From assembly GCA_028534125.1 (NCBI GenBank), contig CM052817.1, positions 2,792,001-2,856,000 of the forward strand: a stretch of DNA of 64,000 nt. Reading direction: 5' to 3'. The DNA comes from Lama glama. Taxonomy: Eukaryota. Under the pieces are notes generated by a model. That model did not search any database and was not told where the DNA came from. It saw only the letters and a list, made by a program, of their open reading frames with translations. Within the stretch, counting starts at the first letter, position 1. Each line of letters opens with the position of its first letter. Positions 58,289-64,000 of the stretch are shown piece after piece. Both the position numbers and the translations under genes were made by a program.

Positions 58289-59745
58289 CCCAGATGTGTA
58301 TTTTTATTGGGCATCTTGGAGGCGCTGGCTCTCAGCAGTGACTCATGCTGTCGCGGGAGAAGAGGCGGGAGGCGCGGGGCCTGAGGCGGCCTCGGGGCTG
58401 GGCAGGAGCTGGCCACTCGGCTCTCAGCCCCTCTGTGGATGAACAAACAAATGAATGAAGGAAAGAGGTATGAAGTGCCTGGCACGTTTCTTTGCTTTTT
58501 ATTGTGAGGGCGCGCCGACACTGCAGGCTGACGCCTGCTAACGGCTGGGCAGGCGGCCCCTTCAGTCTAGAACCTGGGCTTTCTTTCTGTCGGCCCTTGG
58601 GCTCACCCGCCTCCGGCCTGTAGGGACCACGGCTCTGGCCTCAGAGATCACATCCCTGTGAGTGTCGCCAACTGTCAGCTGCCCTCGGCCCCAGGTGCAG
58701 GGCTTAAAGACCTTTGATTCTTTCCCAGCAATTGAAGGTAGAGAATTCCCCTAAAGCCAGACATCTGGCAGTTCTGGAAGGTCAGGATGCCCAGGGCAGC
58801 GCTCCCAGGCAGCTCGCTGTGGGCCCACTGACGCGTCTTGGAGGGTGAGCTCTCGCAGGCCCTCGCCATCGGGGGCTTCACCGCTTCCCTAGCTGGTGCC
58901 CTGTGAGGACTGAGCGATGACCCCCGCTTCCCTGGGCCCAGGGGGAGCCCAGCAGCCAGTCTGGGTGGTGCGGTTCCCAGGAACCTGCCTGGAACCCTCG
59001 AGCTCCTGGACCCCCCATCGCAAGCTCCCTGATGCTGCCTGGCCCCAGGCCTACGCAGACCTGCAGGGCCCCATGCAGTGGCCAGGGGAGGGCACGGGTC
59101 ACTAGCCCCAGAGAGGCCAGGCTGGGGGCTCACGGTGGTCAGGTCCAGCTTCTCTCCTCAGGAGCCCTCCCCCAGGTCAAGGGCCAGCAGGGGGCCGGGC
59201 ACCTCACTCAGACTTAGATTCCAAGGATCCTCCCACCCAGCCAGTCCCTGTTTCCAGGAGTAGAGACTGAGGCCCTGAGCGGCCCAGCGACTTGGCCCAG
59301 AATCTCCCCCGGAAGTGCCAGGCTGGGGTCCCACCGCGGGATTTCCCGCCAGTCAGGTCTCGAGTCTGGAGGATCATTTTTGCCAGAGACTCGACTTCTG
59401 CCCTCCCCTAGCCCAGCGGGTCCTCTCACCCGGCTGAGCTGTGTCAGGAGCCCTGAGTTTTCAGTCCTGGCACCACTGCAGACAATACCCAGCTCTCTTT
59501 GGGCCTCAGTTTCCTCATTTGCAGTCAGGAAGGGGCCGGGCTGGGAGCTCTCTGGGGTTCAAGGTTCCAGAGCAGACACCCTCCCACCTGGCGGACTGCG
59601 GGCATCATCCCTCCCCTCGGCGCCCGGGCGGCGGGGCTGGAGTCTCCCCTCCGTCCTCTGTGAGAGCCCTCCCCACGGCGCAGCAGCCTCGCACCCGCCT
59701 CCTGGCACCCAGACCCGATAGGCTCAGAATCGGAAACGCCCTGAC

Positions 59746-59782
59746 GTGTGTGAGATGTGCGTGAGATGTGCGTGAGACGTGC
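59746..59782. repeat. 11-bp tandem repeat, about 3 copies
   Basis: gtgagatgtgc gtgagatgtgc gtgagacgtgc. Confidence 0.85.
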
Positions 59783-62313
59783 AGATTGTCCTGCCGTGGG
59801 GACTGGCGCTGTGGAGCCCAAATTCACTTAAAAACAAACAAATCCCCTGCGTCCTAAATGTATCCTCTTAAAGACCATTTTGAAAATCTTGCTTTGAAAA
59901 CACTAAAGCCAAGGGCGACACACGCCCAGCAGCCGTGACCCGGGAGGGCGGCCCCAGGCCGGCCCGCGGGCCCTGCGGTGAGCAGGACAGGCTGTGGCCG
60001 CTCTTCTGGAAGAGCCTCCCCACGACGGGGAGGGGCCCAGGGTGAGCGACGCGGTGACAGGAGAAAGGTGGCCTGAGGGGCGGGCACGACCACTCCTGAG
60101 TGAGGAGGACCCACGAGAAGCTGGAAGACCCTAGACAGTGAGTGTGGACTGGCAGGCTGAGACACGCACGGGCAGGATCTCCAAATTAAATGGATGATGC
60201 TCGGGCTGATTCCTTCTGGGACAGCAGAGCTCCCGGCAGCCAGAGAGGTAAACAGGGGCAAACGCGAGGCTGGGAGCTGCATGCCTGGCGGGGACAGGCA
60301 TGACCAGCAGCAGAGCAGCTGTACACGCGAACAGGAGGTTGGGCTACACCCCAAGGCCATGTGGACTTGAACTTGGCTCTTGGAACATGATCACAGGGTC
60401 TCCCTCTAGGGCCGGGGTCCCACCCAGGCCACAGACAGTGGGAAGTTTCTGGACAACGATTGTTGATGTCACGGCAGGGTGAGTACCGATCACATGAAAG
60501 TATTCGCGACATGTTCTGCAAGGCCAGGCCAGGGAAGGGGTTTCAAAGCGAACTGACGATTGGAGTCAGGTCTGCTTTGAAAATGCTCTTTAGAGGGCAA
60601 GAAGGCTGGATGAAGAACACAAAAACGTTCTCTGTCATCATCAGGTCGGGCCACTCAGCGTCTGTGATACTCCTTCTGTGTTTTCAGGGTGTGTCGCTTT
60701 TTCAATCAGAAGAGGATTGTTTTGTAATCAAAACAAATGCGACAGGTGGATAATAAAAACCATCTTTTGTGCGCACGCTTATAAATGAAGGTGTTTCTGA
60801 GCAAGCTGACGAGCCCGAGGATGGGCGTACTGGCGGCAGGCCCCTCGGAATGCGGGCTGCCGGAGCCCCCGTCCTCAGGGACCCTGGGCTGGGGACGGTC
60901 CCCTCCCCTCCGTTTTTGATTCTTTAAGGTGTTTTCACTGGCTCACGCACGTCTCCCCTCAAACCCCCGCTGTGAACAGGCAAGGGAATGAGCCCCAAGG
61001 AGCCCGGGGAGTGGGGAACTCTCTCTCTGAGTGACTTTGGGCAAGTCCCTCCTCTCTGGACCTCGGTTCCCCCCTCTCTGGACATCAGACCAGCTGCCTG
61101 CACGACCCCACGTTCACGCTCAGGCCAAACCTTGGGGTGGCTCCTGCCCACCACTGCCCTCTCGTGGAAGACTGAGCACACAGCGCCGCATAGATCACTG
61201 CCTGGGACCTGCCTGAGACCCCGGAGGCCACAGCAGAAGGAGCGTCCCGAGGCTGCGAGGCTGCGTCCCTCTCATCACCCCTCAACCAGTGAGAGGGACA
61301 TGGCTTCCAGGAAGTGCTGCGCAGGGTTCACCTGGTTCTCTTCACTTAGATCCCTGGTTCTTAATCACACAACAGTATTCAGAATTTCCCGGTGGATAAT
61401 GCGTATTAGTGGCTTGCAGTGATTGACACTGTCCCCAGCCTGTGCTAACTCAGGTCACCGCTCACACGAGCCCTCGTCCGCTCACAACAGCAGCCCTAGA
61501 GGTGGGCGCTCTGGCCTCGCCCTCTTACAGCGAGGAGCTAAGGGGGGTGAGCCCGAGCTGGGGAGTTGGGTGGGCACCCGGCAACAGCCCCTGCACCAGT
61601 GCCCCCTCCCCGGCCTAAGTAACACCTGTGAGGTCCGGGCAGGAACGAAGCAAGAGCGCTGTCCGCCTGGCGGTAACCATGGAGCCCGCGTGGGCCCCCG
61701 GCCATGGCAGCTGCCACCAAGGACGGAGCAAGTCCCCTTCCCAGGAAACAGCAAGCACCCTTCTGGGCAGGAACAGGCTGCCCCTCGCCGCACCCACCTT
61801 TCAGAGGACGCAGGGTGGGGTGGAAAGAGAGACACCCGGTTCTGACACATCAGGTCGTATTTTCTTGAGTCAGACACTTAACCTTTCTAAGCGTCAGGGT
61901 TTTCATTGCTAAAATGAGGCTCGCATGTGAGCAAGCTCGGAAGCCATCACCCCCGGCTTCTAGCCGACACCACAACTGCAGCTTCACCCGAGCCCCTGAC
62001 CCACAGCAACGGTGCGATAAGAAATGCTGGTGGTTGTGACCCACTAGAAATCACGGGGCTCACCCCCCACGCCTTTTTTCACAAGGTCTACATACAGTAA
62101 AATACACTTTGCTCTGGCGTCCGGTTTGCACAAGTGTTAACACAGGTAATCACCCCCTGAAAACACGAAACAAGTTGGTCTCCTCTCCCGACAGGCTCTG
62201 AACTAGGAACACACTGCTTTTACCTGGAGGTGGTCAAGCTGGCGTGGACGGCGGTTCCCAGGCCCATTCAGCTTTCGAAGCCTTTGCAGGGCTATTTGGA
62301 TCTGACCCGTGTG

Positions 62314-62661
62314 TGTGACCAAGACACTCTCGGACCAAACCTTGGTCCAGCCCCAGCAGCCCTTTTGCCAGTGGGCCCAGCCTTTGAGCCAGAACCCAGC
62401 TAAGCCAGTCAAAGCTACATCCCACTGCTCCCCAAGGACGCCCGATGCCCGGCCTTCAGCAGGGATCCTACAAAGCAGGTTTAACCAGGACCACCCCACC
62501 CCAGATGTTCCCTTTTAGAAATTTCCATCCACTGACCCCACCCACTCCTGGGCTATGAAACCCACCTGTCCACTTCCTCACAGACGTCTCTTAACCTACG
62601 GCAATATTCCTGCATAAAATCACTGCTTTCACTGCCGTCCAGCTCTGGGTTTTCTCTGATA
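62314..62661 (+). mobile_element. ERV1 solo LTR, MER31-like
   Basis: TGTGAC...gaccaaac; aatttccatccactgacccc; ggctatgaa; cataaa; flanks TGTG / TGCG (4-bp TSD with one CpG transition). Confidence 0.6.
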
Positions 62662-62845
62662 TGCGCCCCACCAGTATCCTCTTTAGGGTCAGACCCTAAG
62701 CTTGGGGGTGAGCAGCCCCCTCCCCGACCCCCCATCCAGGCACAGGGAGGGCGCTTCACCGGGCTGTGGTGGTCGTTCTGCTCAGGGTCCTGACTTCTGC
62801 GGCGGGAGGTCCACACCGGCCAGGGCCACTGAGGGCCTCCCGTGC

Positions 62846-63303
62846 TGTTACCAGTCAGGGTTCCTGGACTTCTTAACCTTCTTAACAGAAATTGAGAAGA
62901 GTGCAGAGGAGAAACTCAGGCAAGGCTTTACTGGGGCTCATGCTGCAGCACCAGGGAGCGAGAACAAGTAACAGGGGCCCGTGCTCCCAGAGGAGGGGCG
63001 AGCTGGTCCCTTAAATGGGGTGAGGAGGGGGGCGGGCCCAGGGGTCAGGCCGGAGGAGGGCTTAGGTGGTCTGCCCACCCCCTTGGTGGTCCTGTGTGCA
63101 AGGATCGTCTGAGGTACCCTGCTTTTGTTCCTGACACTTCAGAGGTGGCACTTGGGTCTTTGATCTTTTTGTATCTCTTTGTTCATAATTTGACCCCAAT
63201 AGCACATGCATGCAGTTGTTTTTAGTCCCTTACCATTTCTTCGTGTTTTGTTGCTCGAGATGTTTGTCCAGTTGCGAGCAGCAGGGGGTCCCAGCCTGTC
63301 TCA
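62846..63303 (-). mobile_element. ERV1-type solo LTR
   Basis: Minus strand reads TGAGACAGGCTGGGACC...GGTAACA, with TATA-like ATTTAA and AGTAAA signal; flanks GTGC / ATGC (4-bp TSD, one mismatch). Confidence 0.7.
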
Positions 63304-64000
63304 ATGCCACCTGTTCACCTGTGGAGAGGGGACCTGTCACTGAGCACCGGCTTACATCCCATCAGACCGTCCCAGACAGCCTGCAAGGTCCTTGTGAGTG
63401 TTCCCATTTTAAAGATGAGAAGACTGAGGCCCGGAAAGGAATGACAGCATGACAGCAGCAGATTCTTCCTCTGTGGCTGGTCGTTCAGGTTATGGACATA
63501 GTTGCTCACAAAACCCACATGCGGGATTTTCCTCAGTTAGAAGCTGGAGACTGTGGGCCCACTGCTGTCTCGTCGCTGCCTCTCCATCCCTCTAGTTGAG
63601 GTCCAGAAAGCAGATAGCTCGCTGTCTGGAGAGCAGGTCGGATTACTTGCTAGCAGCAAGAACTCCTCTAAACCCTCCCACTCCCCCTCATGCAGTGAGG
63701 CCGGGGCGGCTCCCAGAAAGGGAGCCAGCAGCCACGGCGCAGGCGTCCAGCATCCACGGAACGCATCTTGGCCTTTCCACATCAGCCTTTCTCATCAAGG
63801 GTCTCTTAAGAAAACGGAGTTCCGATGCCCTCGGGCACCCACCCTTCTAATGAATTAGCCCTCCTCCCACCCCAGGCGTCCAGAACATCCTCCCAGTGAG
63901 CTTCCGCAGAGAAAACAGCCTGTGGATCTCTCTCCAGCCCCAGGTTCAGAACTCGGCTGGAGAAGGGCTGCTCCGCCTGCCTTGCCCTCACTCCTGGCTC

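Overview
GC-rich mammalian genomic DNA. Three tRNA-derived SINEs resembling the Vic-1 family suggest a camelid (alpaca/llama/camel). The window holds one protein-coding gene, SH3TC1 (SH3 domain and tetratricopeptide repeats 1), on the minus strand. I traced 16 coding segments with GT-AG boundaries and consistent phases, from the ATG at 38005 to the TGA at 10281-10283. An AATAAA lies at 10183-10188, and a candidate non-coding exon 1 with a CpG-rich promoter lies at about 44479-44900. A 500-N assembly gap (22241-22740) hides the start of the large TPR exon and probably a small preceding exon. The rest is intronic or intergenic sequence with old repeats (MLT1, L1M, L2, MIR, MER3/5/20, two ERV1-type solo LTRs) and simple repeats. 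Nearly all ORFs in the supplied track are GC-driven noise. I found no convincing novel biological system. The best leads are modest: tandem acceptors that toggle a uORF, a duplicated NBRE motif, a 7-aa deletion, a CTCF site with upstream module, and a GC-converted L1 merging into an orphan CpG island. Exon numbers and all comparisons to human SH3TC1 or repeat consensuses are from memory, not database searches.
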